DNA of 64,000 nt from a bacterium (lineage in GTDB: Bacteria; JACRDZ01; JAQUKH01), in contig JAQUKH010000001.1 of the NCBI GenBank assembly GCA_028719205.1, forward strand, positions 1 through 64,000, written 5' to 3'. Positions 1 to 10,925 of this stretch are shown here, one piece after another (positions within the stretch are counted from its first letter, which is position 1; each line of letters opens with the position of its first letter). The notes beneath the pieces were generated by a model. It was given only the letters and a program-made list of their open reading frames with translations, was not told where the DNA came from and did not search any database. The position numbers were made by a program, and so were the translations under genes.

Positions 1-272
1 TCTTTGGTCATTCCTATGCCGGTATCTTCAATTGAAAATGTTCCCTCTTTTGGATCGATCTCGATCCGGATCTCGAGAGCTGTATCCTGATCAATAATAT
101 CCCTGTCGGTCAGCTCCTGAAAACGGATCTTATTAAGCGCGTCGGAAGCGTTAGAGATAAGCTCTCGTAAAAATATCTCAGGATGGGTGTATAATGAATG
201 AACAATTATGTTCAGCAGCTGCTTCATTTCCGCTTTATACTCAAATGTTTTCACTTTTTGTTTTTCAGCCAT
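1..272 (-). CDS. htpG: Chaperone HtpG (Hsp90), 5' part only (runs off window)
   Basis: Manual translation [46 protein letters not shown]...[10 protein letters not shown] matches the Hsp90 N-terminal ATPase signature; AGGAGA SD upstream; not in ORF track. Confidence 0.95.
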   Translation of the reverse strand, partial: MAEKQKVKTFEYKAEMKQLLNIIVHSLYTHPEIFLRELISNASDALNKIRFQELTDRDIIDQDTALEIRIEIDPKEGTFSIEDTGIGMTK

Positions 273-318
273 GATGTTTCTCCTATTTTGGTTTTAAATG
301 GTGTGGAAACTATGCTCT

Positions 319-3300
319 TTACTTCCACCAATCCAGCGCGTTCTGGAATATCTTAATTCCCCATCCCGGTGCTTTTCCTTCTCGGGTCCACCTTGGATGC
401 TGGGTAGGCTGCATATGGCGTTCAGGATGCGGCATAAGTCCGAAAATATTGCCTTTTTCATTGCAGAGCCCGGCAATATTTTCCTGCGAACCGTTTGGGT
501 TATATTTGTGATATTGAAGCGCGTGAAGGTTATTTTTTAAGATGTTATCCAGCACTTTTTTGTTTGCAGTAATAAAACGCCCTTCACCATGAGCAATCGG
601 AACTTCAAGATAGTCTATCCCCTTTGTAAAAATACACGGGGATTTTTTGTTTGCTTTTAGATTGATCCATTCGCATTGATATGTTCCTGAGGTGTTCCAT
701 GTTAAAGTTACTCCCGGGAAACCCGGCAAAATTCCCATTTTAACAAGCACCTGAAATCCGTTACAGATACCCAAAACTAATTTATCCTTTTCCAGAAGTT
801 TATCTTTTAAAGATTCCATTTCCTTCGCCAAAACCATACCTGCGGAAATGTGATCACCGTATGAAAATCCGCCAGGGATTACTATTATTTGATAATTATT
901 CAGGTCTTTTAACTTCACAATTTCATTTATATGCTTCAGGTCAACTGTTGCCTTTAAACTTTCAAACGCGTAAACGCTTTCCGTATCACAATTTGTACCC
1001 GCGGTTCGAACGACCAAAACTCTTGCTTTTGATGAGATTTTCGAAGGTTTTGATATTTTTATTTTGTTTTTTATTGTTTCGATTTTTTTGGCCAGATCCT
1101 TTTTATATTTCAAAGTTTTCTGCCAGCATTTTTTTAAGGTCCATATATCAGTAACAATAATATTTTGTTCGTGTATCCCATGGACTATAAATTTAGCATC
1201 CTTTAAAACAAAGCCCAATTCCGATATATCAACATCGCTCATCATCTTTTTAAATATCTTTTCTTTATCAACAGGCACTTCAACGACAAATCTGCTATTT
1301 GATTCTGAAAATAGTATTTCATCATCATAAATCAGGTCATCTGACTTAATAATATTCCTTATATGTAAATTCATTCCATAACCGCCGGCGAAAGCCATTT
1401 CAGCGGCTGCTACCAGTAAACCGCCTTCAGAACAATCATGGCAGGAAACAACTGTCTTTTTTGTTATGGCCTGATGAAGTTTAGTCATCGTATATTTACA
1501 GTCTGAAACTCTTACAAACGGGACATCGCCGCCTTTAATATTGCGGGATAAATAATAATGCGACCCGCCTAATTCACGGTAAGTTTTTCCGACAAGATAG
1601 ATCTTATTACCAGGCGATTTTACATCCATGGTGATACAATCATTAACATCAGGTATAACAGATATCGCGGAGATTAAAAGTGTAGGAGGTATGCAAATCG
1701 TTGTGCCATCCGGAAGCGCGTATTCGTTATTTAAACTGTCTTTCCCTGAAATTATAGGTATCCCGTAACCATAACAAGCCTCTGTATAACCTTTTGTAGC
1801 GAGATACAGGCTTCCCAATCGGTCAGGTTTATTTGGATTTCCCCAGCTGTAATTCCCAAGTATTCCTGTAGGATTTGAAAAAGGATCCCCGCCAATGCTT
1901 ATTATCTGCCGTAAAGCTTCATTTACAGCGGACGCAGCCATATTTTCGGGGTTCAGATCACCGTATAATGGATTCATACCCGATGAAACGGCAATACCTC
2001 GGTTGCTGTCAAGCAATGGTTTAATAACGGCGGCGTCACCCGGTCCGTCATTAGCGCATCCTACAAGAGGCTTAATAACGCTTCCTGCCTGAACTTCATG
2101 GTCATAACAGCGTATTACCGCCTCTTTACTGCAGATATTCGGCATGGAAAGAATATTTTCCAGATATCCGGTTAAATTATCAGGCAGGCTGTATTTTACA
2201 AATACCGAGTTTGTTGGATTCCAGACGGCTTTCATTTCCTTTTTAGGAAGCCCGCCGCTTACAAAGGAAAGATCAAGATCGGACACCTGTTTATCTTCAT
2301 AAAAAAGTTCAAGTCTACCCGTGCCTGAAAATATACCGATATCTGTTGCTTCTACATCCTCAGAACCGCATAATTCTATCAATTTCTTGACATTTTCAGG
2401 AGGCACAGCAAGAATTATCCTTTCCTGAGCCTCTGATAACCATATCTCCCAAGCGGATAATCCGCTGTATTTTAAAGGAACTTTTTCAAGATTTACCTTT
2501 ACACCTGTTTTCTCACCCATCTCGCCGACTGCTGAAGCAAGCCCTGCCGCCCCGCAATCAGTAATAGCGCGGTATAACTTCAGGTCACGGCATTTAAGAA
2601 GGATATCGAACATCTTCTTTTCAACTATCGGATTACCGATCTGGACTGAACCGGAGGATATTTTCTCGGACTCTGATGTTAATTCACCTGAACTGAACGT
2701 TGCGCCGTGTAATCCGTCGCGTCCAACCCTTCCGCCGACCATTATAATATGGTCATTAACCTTTGGGTATGTTTTTTTACTGTATTCAATTGGCATGATC
2801 CCACCGGTACCGCAATAAACCAGAGGATTTCCGAGATAGCGTTCATCAAAATAAATTCCGCCGTTAACAGTGGGTATTCCCATATTATTTCCGCCGTCTT
2901 TGACCCCTGCTACCACTCCGGCCATTATTCTTTTTGGATGCAGAACCCCGGCAGGAAGTTTTTCATATGGATAATCCAGCGGCCCAAAGCAGAATGTGTC
3001 TGTGTTGAATATCAACCGTGCTCCAAGGCCTGTTCCGAACGGATCTCGATTTACACCCACGATCCCTGTGATCGCCCCTCCATAAGGTTCGAGCGCCGAC
3101 GGGCGGTTATGAGTTTCAACCTTAAAACAAATACCGTGTTCATTATCAAATTTAATAACGCCTGAATTATCAATAAAGACCGACAGGCAATAATCCCTGT
3201 TTAATTTTTGAGTAACATTTTTTATCATTTTAAAAAGGCTTCCCACATTTCTACCGTTAAAAATAATATCCGCCTTGAAAGTTTTGTGCACGCAGTGTTC

Positions 3301-3966
3301 TCCCCACGCGGCCGCGATATGTTCCAATTCCACATCTGTGGGATTTCGTTTTATTTTTTGAAAATAACTCCTGATGGCCTTCATTTCGTTTAAGTCAAGC
3401 CAAAGGCGGTTTTGTGAAAGTTTTACTAACTCTTCGTCTGTTGAATTTAAAATGGGAACTTCAGTAAAAGCATATTCAGGTTTCTGCGGCGCAATAATTA
3501 TATTTTCTTTATCTTTTATCCTGTGTTCAATAACCTTATTGTAAAGTAATTTTTCTGAAATAAGATCAAGCTCATTTTTGGAGAGCGTACCGCCCAAAAG
3601 ATATTTTCTTCCGGTTTTAACCTCAAAATATTTTTTTATACCGAGGCTTTTAACACCTTTTTTTATCGCGTCGCTCCAAAGTACCAGAACGCCGGGGTTA
3701 GTATTGATCTCAATTACGCTGAAAGACTTTTCAATAAACAGGTTTGAATTTACGGCATATTCCTCTATAATCGGATCTGCCAGAAATTTTTGGCAGATAG
3801 TTTCCATTTCAGTCAGAGTAAGATCTCCTTCAAAATAGAAAGTCTTTAACTCAATAGCCTCTTTAACAGTCGATATTCCAAGATCCTTGATCTTACTTTT
3901 GATCCCGTGCCCGGATATATCATATATTTTATTTTTACAGCCGATCTCAACCTTATATGTGTTCAT
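319..3966 (-). CDS. purL: Phosphoribosylformylglycinamidine synthase, fused PurS-like/PurL/PurQ
   Basis: WGEHCVHK, KVETHNRPS and GGRVGRDGLHGA synthetase motifs; C-terminal glutaminase with PGGFSYGD, GICNGFQ, MPHPER; N-terminal LADPIIEEY PurS-like motif. Confidence 0.95.
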   Translation of the reverse strand: MNTYKVEIGCKNKIYDISGHGIKSKIKDLGISTVKEAIELKTFYFEGDLTLTEMETICQKFLADPIIEEYAVNSNLFIEKSFSVIEINTNPGVLVLWSDAIKKGVKSLGIKKYFEVKTGRKYLLGGTLSKNELDLISEKLLYNKVIEHRIKDKENIIIAPQKPEYAFTEVPILNSTDEELVKLSQNRLWLDLNEMKAIRSYFQKIKRNPTDVELEHIAAAWGEHCVHKTFKADIIFNGRNVGSLFKMIKNVTQKLNRDYCLSVFIDNSGVIKFDNEHGICFKVETHNRPSALEPYGGAITGIVGVNRDPFGTGLGARLIFNTDTFCFGPLDYPYEKLPAGVLHPKRIMAGVVAGVKDGGNNMGIPTVNGGIYFDERYLGNPLVYCGTGGIMPIEYSKKTYPKVNDHIIMVGGRVGRDGLHGATFSSGELTSESEKISSGSVQIGNPIVEKKMFDILLKCRDLKLYRAITDCGAAGLASAVGEMGEKTGVKVNLEKVPLKYSGLSAWEIWLSEAQERIILAVPPENVKKLIELCGSEDVEATDIGIFSGTGRLELFYEDKQVSDLDLSFVSGGLPKKEMKAVWNPTNSVFVKYSLPDNLTGYLENILSMPNICSKEAVIRCYDHEVQAGSVIKPLVGCANDGPGDAAVIKPLLDSNRGIAVSSGMNPLYGDLNPENMAASAVNEALRQIISIGGDPFSNPTGILGNYSWGNPNKPDRLGSLYLATKGYTEACYGYGIPIISGKDSLNNEYALPDGTTICIPPTLLISAISVIPDVNDCITMDVKSPGNKIYLVGKTYRELGGSHYYLSRNIKGGDVPFVRVSDCKYTMTKLHQAITKKTVVSCHDCSEGGLLVAAAEMAFAGGYGMNLHIRNIIKSDDLIYDDEILFSESNSRFVVEVPVDKEKIFKKMMSDVDISELGFVLKDAKFIVHGIHEQNIIVTDIWTLKKCWQKTLKYKKDLAKKIETIKNKIKISKPSKISSKARVLVVRTAGTNCDTESVYAFESLKATVDLKHINEIVKLKDLNNYQIIVIPGGFSYGDHISAGMVLAKEMESLKDKLLEKDKLVLGICNGFQVLVKMGILPGFPGVTLTWNTSGTYQCEWINLKANKKSPCIFTKGIDYLEVPIAHGEGRFITANKKVLDNILKNNLHALQYHKYNPNGSQENIAGLCNEKGNIFGLMPHPERHMQPTQHPRWTREGKAPGWGIKIFQNALDWWK

Positions 3967-3980
3967 CTTACTCCATGTAC

Positions 3981-4022
3981 CACCCCTTATCCCCTCCTTA
4001 CCAAGGAGGGCTTGGGGGAGGT
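3981..4022. repeat. REP-like GC-rich palindrome
   Basis: CCCTCCTT-ACC-AAGGAGGG perfect hairpin (3992-4010) flanked by C-rich and G-rich arms in an AT-rich intergenic gap. Confidence 0.5.
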
Positions 4023-4409
4023 TTATAATAAAATTAAAAGTGTCGAAATAACAAAACTTAAAAGCACAATTGATTCAGGTAAAAGCATTAATATAATTAA
4101 ACCGCCTAAAGTTTCAGGTTTTTCGGTAACTGTTCCTAATCCCATTCCGATAACCTTGAATTGCACGGCGATCGTGCTTAATATCCCGACTATTAAAACA
4201 ACCCCTGCTGTGACCCTTGTCACCATCTTAAGCCTGATATTACTCTCAATTTTATCCTGATCGCCCTTGTCTTTAAAAATATTTTCCAGATCAAATAATC
4301 TGCTTTGTGTTTTCTCTGAAGTAACATTTGGCTCTTGAGCTTTAACCAAAGGCATTATCATAAAATAAATACCTGTTATCAATATTATTAAATAAAATAA
4401 TTTTCGCAA
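4023..4409 (-). CDS. Divergent V/A-ATPase proteolipid (c/K) paralog with signal-peptide-like N-terminus
   Basis: C-terminal Q...TEKPETLGGLIILMLLPESIVLLSFVI aligns by eye with subunit K (Q...AEKPELAGTIFILVAIPETMVVLGFVV); TTG start with GGAG SD. Confidence 0.75.
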   Translation of the reverse strand: MRKLFYLIILITGIYFMIMPLVKAQEPNVTSEKTQSRLFDLENIFKDKGDQDKIESNIRLKMVTRVTAGVVLIVGILSTIAVQFKVIGMGLGTVTEKPETLGGLIILMLLPESIVLLSFVISTLLILL

Positions 4410-4619
4410 CTAAGTTCTCCCTTTTTTAGCATTACTTTTGATCAGCTTTTTAGCATATTTATAAACCTCAACAAAAAAAACAGTTTTAATTAAAATATAT
4501 ATGATATAAGCCGATAATATTATCAGTAAAGTTGATGAAAACATCATTTGACCTGTAATTAAATAAAGAGATTTTACTATTTTTATGGTTATCAGTCAAT
4601 TCATTTTATAATAAAGCTG

Positions 4620-4648
4620 TTGACAGTAAATTAAAGCTGAATTAAAAT
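4620..4648 (+). promoter_or_regulatory. Sigma70-type promoter of the 4680 ORF
   Basis: TTGACA-17nt-TAAAAT. Confidence 0.6.
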
Positions 4649-4679
4649 AACATAGTTAAATAAACCAAGAGGAGAATTT

Positions 4680-5018
4680 ATGGTAAACAACGTTACAGAT
4701 GAAGAGTTAGGCATAAAATCGTTCCATCTCCGCCGAGACAGGGCTGTAGAACAAAGCATTGAAAAGATCAGGCAAAAAGTAGGTAATGACTGGATTCTTC
4801 TGTCCTTCAAGGATACTCAGACACTGCACTGGATCTTAGGCGAGATATGGTCGTTTATAGCGCATGATAATTGGGATAAAATATTGTTCAGCGAAATTGA
4901 ATTTAAAGACCTTAAAAAAGTATTATCCATCTCCGAAGATATTATGTCGCGTAAAAAAATGGGCGGTGCCGGGCTGGATCAGATACATAAAATACTCGCT
5001 TCAAAAAAATTAGGATAG
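4680..5018 (+). CDS. Hypothetical protein (112 aa)
   Basis: GAGGAG SD, own promoter, protein-like composition; no family recognised. Confidence 0.7.
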   Translation: MVNNVTDEELGIKSFHLRRDRAVEQSIEKIRQKVGNDWILLSFKDTQTLHWILGEIWSFIAHDNWDKILFSEIEFKDLKKVLSISEDIMSRKKMGGAGLDQIHKILASKKLG

Positions 5019-5444
5019 TTATTTCTTGAATTTTATTTTAAAAAGCGGTTCATTATTGATACCGTAATCATCGTCGTCATTTTTCGCGGGGATTTCTTTT
5101 TGTTTATTGATGTGGACGGTCTTTTTTCCTGGGATGTCAGTTAAATATTTATCATCTTTTTCTAAAAATAATTCATATTTAGCCAGCGCAATATTTCTTG
5201 AATACTCGATGCCTGAAACTCTTCTGAAAACGCTGTCTTCATACCACATTTGTAATTCAATGTCACTTACTTCCTTTAATCTTTTTTTAATATCCAGTCT
5301 TTTTTTATAATCTTTTTTTGCTTCTTCACTATTGGCTAATTTATTACCATACCTGGTGAATCGCATGAACAAAGATAATTTAAAACTTAAATATATAAAA
5401 AAAGCTACAAAATATAGTAGTATAAATTTGAAGCTAAACATCAA
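5019..5444 (-). CDS. Hypothetical membrane-anchored protein
   Basis: N-terminal hydrophobic helix; last gene of the run downstream of the ATPase genes. Confidence 0.6.
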   Translation of the reverse strand: MMFSFKFILLYFVAFFIYLSFKLSLFMRFTRYGNKLANSEEAKKDYKKRLDIKKRLKEVSDIELQMWYEDSVFRRVSGIEYSRNIALAKYELFLEKDDKYLTDIPGKKTVHINKQKEIPAKNDDDDYGINNEPLFKIKFKK

Positions 5445-5483
5445 TATTTTGGGATAACATAGAGGTGTTTAATAATATTAGGC

Positions 5484-6653
5484 CTAAGTAAACTTAATAA
5501 ACGCTGTAGGCGGTTTTTTAAATACTTTACTTTTCTTTTTCGATGAAAAACTTAACCCCAGGGAGAATTTTGGTTTCGGAGGAGTTGGAGCTGCCAGTAA
5601 TTCAATAACAAAATCGACCATTCCGTATAATACAGGGAATTTAAATGACTTGTCATTTTCAAAAATTTCAACCTCGTCATTATTCTTAAATATGAATGTT
5701 TTGTCTCCAAGGATATCTTTTGAAATTATTACATTAAAATTTCTTTTTTGCCATCTGGCAATTTCTAAAAGATTAAGGGCAAATGATAAATTATCAATTT
5801 CATCAGCCTTAGAAACAAGATTACCGGCTTTTAAATACGCTGTTAACTGTGTTTTATAAGATTTACTCTTACTATATTCTCTGACCTCTTTAAGTACCCA
5901 GTTCTTGTATATTTCTTTTTGCTCTTGAGTCGAATCATTTATATAAAAAATATTGTGTGCCGTAATTTCAGATTGAGATTCGTCTTTTTTTACATTAGAA
6001 GTTTTGTCCTGCATTTCTTTAACGTTGAAACGGTTAAATGCTTTAATTACCTCTTTATATTTAGGATTTTGAAGTTTTTCAGTCAGTTGAAGCAATCTGC
6101 TGTCGTCAAATTGAAATAATGCTAAAGGAGCAAGATCATGGCCCCGGGTAAGTTCTAATAATGGTTCTATTTTCTTAAAAAAGCCGTTTATATTAATTAA
6201 AACTTTGCTTATTAAAGCTTTTAACTGTTTCTTAATTTCAATGGTGGATTTTTCTTTTATCAGATCTTCGTAATCTTTGTTAATTGAATTATTAAAAAAT
6301 GTAACAGCATTAGTAAAAAATGCGCTTGTTTTTTTGTTTTCTTTTAATATCTTAAACTCATTAATAACCTTTTCTGCCATCCAATACGAATCTGCCGGAT
6401 GGTCCTTAGTTAAAGGCTGAATGTTCTTAAAAGAATAATGATCCAATATACCTTGGATAATGAAATAATTTAACCATTGCTCGGCAGGAACTTCCTCTAA
6501 ATTTTTAATTACGGGATTTTGAAGATAAAATAAAGAAAAAAGATCTGTTTTAAGATCAGAGTCATTTGTTCCGGTAGCTGAAGGCTTATTTAAACTATTG
6601 AATATTTCAATAGTTTGATCTGTCGTTTCTATTACAAGTTTATCTGCTGACAT
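5484..6653 (-). CDS. Degenerate ViaA-like/vWA-family protein
   Basis: N-terminal DLFSLFY..P......VP...WLN and C-terminal ALNLLEIARWQKRNFNVI resemble vWA partners of MoxR ATPases; MIDAS DxSxS absent; GGAGG SD. Confidence 0.55.
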   Translation of the reverse strand: MSADKLVIETTDQTIEIFNSLNKPSATGTNDSDLKTDLFSLFYLQNPVIKNLEEVPAEQWLNYFIIQGILDHYSFKNIQPLTKDHPADSYWMAEKVINEFKILKENKKTSAFFTNAVTFFNNSINKDYEDLIKEKSTIEIKKQLKALISKVLININGFFKKIEPLLELTRGHDLAPLALFQFDDSRLLQLTEKLQNPKYKEVIKAFNRFNVKEMQDKTSNVKKDESQSEITAHNIFYINDSTQEQKEIYKNWVLKEVREYSKSKSYKTQLTAYLKAGNLVSKADEIDNLSFALNLLEIARWQKRNFNVIISKDILGDKTFIFKNNDEVEIFENDKSFKFPVLYGMVDFVIELLAAPTPPKPKFSLGLSFSSKKKSKVFKKPPTAFIKFT

Positions 6654-6692
6654 TTAGAGCCTCCTCATTATATAAATAAAAACCTTATTATT

Positions 6693-7352
6693 TTATTTTT
6701 GTTTTTCCTGTTCGATCAATTTTTTATTTTTTTCTATTGATTTTTTAACTTTCTTTAGACGGAACAGGTCCTCGCGCGCGCGTTCCTCCAGGGTCATTTT
6801 AATAAATGTTACTTGTTCTTTTAAGGCAGGAACAACTATATGTTCTAAAGCGTTTACGCGGCGGTTAGTTTTTTGAATTTCTTCACCAAGACGTCTAAGC
6901 CTGGTTTCAATGTGCGCGTTATCAATAATTACATCGACTATTTTTTCAAATTTTTCCGCTGTTTCACTGATACGGCTGCTTACTCCGGCGATACTGTATC
7001 CTCTGGAAAACTGATTTCTAAGCGGGCTTACACCTTTTGTTACTACAGGTAACGGTACACCCATAACCTGAGTACCTGTAATTGTCGCGGTGACATTCGA
7101 TTTTGTCGCGAAACTGGCAGATTTAACGGTTATCATACCGTCAACAGCCTGAGCGGTAGCCAGTGAGTATTGCCCTTCCGCTAAAGCGCGCTGCAAAAAA
7201 TTACTCATACGAAGGGCATGATCAAGAACTTTCATGAATTCCATCATTAAAGCGTCCCGTTTCTGCTTTAAAAGTTCTTTACCTTGATTAGCCAGATTTA
7301 TCTGGGTTTTTTTCAGTAATAGTTCTGTTCTTGTAGGGCTGGATGACTCCAT
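6693..7352 (-). CDS. atpD: V/A-type ATP synthase subunit D
   Basis: PTRTELL, LLKQKRDAL, KTNRRVNALEH, LEERARED motifs. Confidence 0.95.
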   Translation of the reverse strand: MESSSPTRTELLLKKTQINLANQGKELLKQKRDALMMEFMKVLDHALRMSNFLQRALAEGQYSLATAQAVDGMITVKSASFATKSNVTATITGTQVMGVPLPVVTKGVSPLRNQFSRGYSIAGVSSRISETAEKFEKIVDVIIDNAHIETRLRRLGEEIQKTNRRVNALEHIVVPALKEQVTFIKMTLEERAREDLFRLKKVKKSIEKNKKLIEQEKQK

Positions 7353-7380
7353 AAATTATTTTTGTCCTCTTATCTCAAGT

Positions 7381-8778
7381 TTATTCTGTTTTAGTTTTTA
7401 CCCTGTATTTAGCAATATGTTCTTTCTTGACCTGCTTTAATTCGCCATCCGGATACGCGGATACCAATTCCCATCCCATATCCAATGTTTGCTCAATGGT
7501 CCTGTCCTCATTACCTTGAGAAATAAAGAACTTTTCAAAATCATCGGCGAATTTTAAATGTTTTCTGTCTAATTCCGACAAAGCTTCTTCACCGACAATT
7601 GCCACCAATCTTCTCAGGTCACGGCCCTGCGCGTAACTGGCATATAACTGGTTCGCGATACCGCGATGATCTTCTCTTGTTTTTCCGTCACCTATACCCA
7701 TATTCATCAAACGTGAAAGACATGGAAGAACATCTATCGGAGGGAAAACACCTCTTCTGAATAGTGAACGGCTTAGAACGATCTGGCCTTCTGTGATATA
7801 ACCTGTTAAATCCGGTATAGGATGCGTAATATCGTCATCAGGCATCGTTAAAATAACAAGCTGTGTTATGGAGCCTTTTTTTCCTTTAATCCTTCCAGCT
7901 CTTTCATAAATAGTTGAAAGGTCGGTGTACATATATCCCGGATAACCGCGCCTGCCGGGAACTTCTTCACGCGCAGTTGATATTTCACGCAACGCTTCGC
8001 AATAGTTTGTCATATCGGTTAATATTACCAGTACCTGCATGTCTTGTTTGAATGCCAGATACTCAGCAACAGTCAAAGCGCACCTGGGAGTAACAATACG
8101 TTCAATTGTCGGGTCATCAGCGAGATTTAAGAAAAACACGACTTTTTGCAGAGCGCCGGTTTGCTCAAAATTCTTTTGAAAAAATGAAGCCTCCCTGTTA
8201 GTGATACCCATAGCTCCAAAAACTATCGCGAATTCTTCCCCGCTTTTAACTTTTGCCTGCTGAATAATTTGCGCGATCAATTCATTAGCAGGTAAACCGG
8301 AACCTGAAAAGATCGGCAGTTTCTGGCCACGGACCAGTGTATTTAACCCGTCGATCGCGGAAATACCGGTCTGTATAAAATCTCTCGGTTCAGCTCTTGA
8401 ATAGGGATTGATCGGAGAACCGGCAATTTCAAGCATTTCGTCGGGTATTATTTCAGGGCCGCCATCGATCGGTTTTCCAAAACCATTCAAGACCCTTCCC
8501 ATCATGTCTACTGAAACACCTATTTTAGCTACTTCACCTTTAAATTTTACAGTTGTTTTATCAGCATCTATACCCTGCGTACCCTCAAATATTTGAACGC
8601 AAGCCATTTCTTCTGAAATTTCCAGTACCTGCCCATTTCGCACTTTCCCATCCGGTAAGGTAATTTCAACCATTTCTCCATATGAAACACCTTTTATTCC
8701 CTTTAGGAAAACTAAAGGGCCGGTAACATAATTTACTGTCCGGTATTCACTAGAGACTAACTTTATTTTATTTGACAT
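7381..8778 (-). CDS. atpB: V/A-type ATP synthase subunit B
   Basis: [40 protein letters not shown]. Confidence 0.97.
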   Translation of the reverse strand: MSNKIKLVSSEYRTVNYVTGPLVFLKGIKGVSYGEMVEITLPDGKVRNGQVLEISEEMACVQIFEGTQGIDADKTTVKFKGEVAKIGVSVDMMGRVLNGFGKPIDGGPEIIPDEMLEIAGSPINPYSRAEPRDFIQTGISAIDGLNTLVRGQKLPIFSGSGLPANELIAQIIQQAKVKSGEEFAIVFGAMGITNREASFFQKNFEQTGALQKVVFFLNLADDPTIERIVTPRCALTVAEYLAFKQDMQVLVILTDMTNYCEALREISTAREEVPGRRGYPGYMYTDLSTIYERAGRIKGKKGSITQLVILTMPDDDITHPIPDLTGYITEGQIVLSRSLFRRGVFPPIDVLPCLSRLMNMGIGDGKTREDHRGIANQLYASYAQGRDLRRLVAIVGEEALSELDRKHLKFADDFEKFFISQGNEDRTIEQTLDMGWELVSAYPDGELKQVKKEHIAKYRVKTKTE

Positions 8779-8781
8779 TTT

Positions 8782-10542
8782 TTATAATACCTCCAACGCA
8801 ACAATTTCGTTATTTATTTTGTCTGCTAAATGGGTTAAGACCTCTACTGCTTTATCTAACGGAATTTCTTTCATTCTCGCGATCTCATTTTTAATAGGTA
8901 ATGAAGAGATCTGCTGTAAGGTTACTCCTCTCTCTACCGCCTGAGCGATCGCGTTATAATAATTTATAATTACTTTCAACATCCAATATTGTTTTTTTGG
9001 AGAACAATACGCGTCTATGTCATGAAAAGCGAATTGCTGAAGAAAATCTTCTCTTATTATTTTCGTAACTTCTAAAATTATCTTTTCTGTTTCAGGCAAG
9101 GCATCCGGCCCGACTAACTGAACTATTTCCTGAAGTTCAACTTCCTTCTGCAAAAGGAACATTGCCTTATCCCTTAACTCTTTCCAATCAGCTCCGACAT
9201 TTGTCAAATACCAATTCAGTACCTGATCAACATATAAAGTGTAACTTTTTATCCAGTTGATAGCCGGGAAATGCCTTCTATGGGCAAGACTCGCGTCCAG
9301 CGCCCAGAACGCGCCTGAAATTCGAAGTGAATTTTGCGTCATCGGTTCGGAAAAATCTCCTCCGGGAGGTGAAACCGCTCCAACAACTGTAATAGATCCT
9401 GTACGCTCATGCTTGCTCGCGAGGCACATGGTTCTTCCGCTTCTTTCATAAAAATTAGCCAAACGTGTAGCAAGATATGCAGGATAACCTTCTTCTCCAG
9501 GCATTTCTTCCAAACGGCCTGATACTTCACGCAGTGCTTCACCCCAGCGTGAGGTTGAATCCGCCATCATCGCCACGTCATAACCCATATCTCTAAAATA
9601 CTCGGCAAGTGTTATTCCTGTATAAATAGAAGCTTCACGGGCGGCAACAGGCATGTTAGAAGTATTCGCTACAAGAATTGTTCTCTGCATTAAAGGAATA
9701 CCGGTTTTTGGATCAACTAATTGAGGAAACTCAACCAGAACTTCAGTCATTTCATTACCGCGTTCACCGCATCCGACATAAACAATTATGTCCGCGTCAG
9801 CCCATTTAGCCAGGGACTGCTGTGTTACTGTCTTTCCGCTTCCGAAAGGCCCGGGTATGATCGCGTTTCCGCCTTTAGCAATAGGGAAGAACGTATCAAA
9901 AATTCTCATTCCTGTTAAAAAAGGAAGATCTGGATCTAACTTCTTTTTAAATGGCCTTGCGATACGCACCGGCCACTCCTGTTTCATTTTTATTTCAACA
10001 TTATTATCTAAAGTGACTATTGTGTCAGTTATTGTATATTCACCTTTTTTAGCGACCTTAGTAACTTTATGCAGTTTGTTCAGTGTCGGCGGTACCATTA
10101 TCCGGTGTTCAAAAGTTCCGTTTTCCACGACAATTCCTACAATATCGCCGTTACCTATTTCGTCGCCAACGCTGATCTTAGGTTCAAATAACCATTTTTT
10201 ATCTGCATCCAGGGCAGTGACATTTACTCCTCTTGTAATAAATTCACCGTATTTCTTAGCTATTTCAGGTAGAGGACGCTGAATACCATCATAGATCGAT
10301 GTTAAAAGGCCAGGCCCTAATTCGATCTTTAAAGGCTGTTCAGTACTGATTACCGGTTCACCGACTATTAAACCGGAGGTATCTTCATATACCTGGATCG
10401 TTGCTTTATCACCTTCCAAACGGATTATCTCACCAATTAAACTCATATCCCCGACTTTAACAACATCATACATTCTTGCGCCGGCAATTTCTTTCGCGAT
10501 TACAACGGGCCCTGATATTTTTGATATTTTACCTTTAAGCAT
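8782..10542 (-). CDS. atpA: V/A-type ATP synthase subunit A
   Basis: P-loop [28 protein letters not shown]; no intein. Confidence 0.97.
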   Translation of the reverse strand: MLKGKISKISGPVVIAKEIAGARMYDVVKVGDMSLIGEIIRLEGDKATIQVYEDTSGLIVGEPVISTEQPLKIELGPGLLTSIYDGIQRPLPEIAKKYGEFITRGVNVTALDADKKWLFEPKISVGDEIGNGDIVGIVVENGTFEHRIMVPPTLNKLHKVTKVAKKGEYTITDTIVTLDNNVEIKMKQEWPVRIARPFKKKLDPDLPFLTGMRIFDTFFPIAKGGNAIIPGPFGSGKTVTQQSLAKWADADIIVYVGCGERGNEMTEVLVEFPQLVDPKTGIPLMQRTILVANTSNMPVAAREASIYTGITLAEYFRDMGYDVAMMADSTSRWGEALREVSGRLEEMPGEEGYPAYLATRLANFYERSGRTMCLASKHERTGSITVVGAVSPPGGDFSEPMTQNSLRISGAFWALDASLAHRRHFPAINWIKSYTLYVDQVLNWYLTNVGADWKELRDKAMFLLQKEVELQEIVQLVGPDALPETEKIILEVTKIIREDFLQQFAFHDIDAYCSPKKQYWMLKVIINYYNAIAQAVERGVTLQQISSLPIKNEIARMKEIPLDKAVEVLTHLADKINNEIVALEVL

Positions 10543-10571
10543 ATTTTTCCTTTAATCCTTATAATAAATGG

Positions 10572-10907
10572 TTAAGTTTTTCTTAATGAAATATCAAATC
10601 CAACTGCTTTACGGATCAAACGAGCCAGATAACTCCGCCGTACGTCACCAACTGCCTCAATTTTTTCCCTGACAGGTAAAGCAACAACTATAGGCTTATA
10701 GACACGATCAATTTTTTCCTGTGTACGTTGATCTATGGCAGGTATAAAACTCTCATTCAAGCCAATAATTCCGATAGTGTCATCGTTTAAAAGAGTGAGC
10801 AAGATCCTTTTTGCTTCTTCTCCATTTGCGGCTTCATATGATTCAAGTCCGGCCAATCTAAAACCATATACAGTATCTTTATCAGATATAACTACTACTT
10901 TATACAA
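10572..10907 (-). CDS. atpF: V/A-type ATP synthase subunit F
   Basis: VISDKDTVYGFRLAG, IRKAVGFDI; TTG start. Confidence 0.93.
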   Translation of the reverse strand: MYKVVVISDKDTVYGFRLAGLESYEAANGEEAKRILLTLLNDDTIGIIGLNESFIPAIDQRTQEKIDRVYKPIVVALPVREKIEAVGDVRRSYLARLIRKAVGFDISLRKT

Positions 10908-10925
10908 GAAAACTCCTTTAGCTAT

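Noticed and set aside
294..3838. Short alternative ORFs over purL, and similar antisense ORFs across the window
   Set aside because: Shadows of well-supported genes, with no motifs or SD
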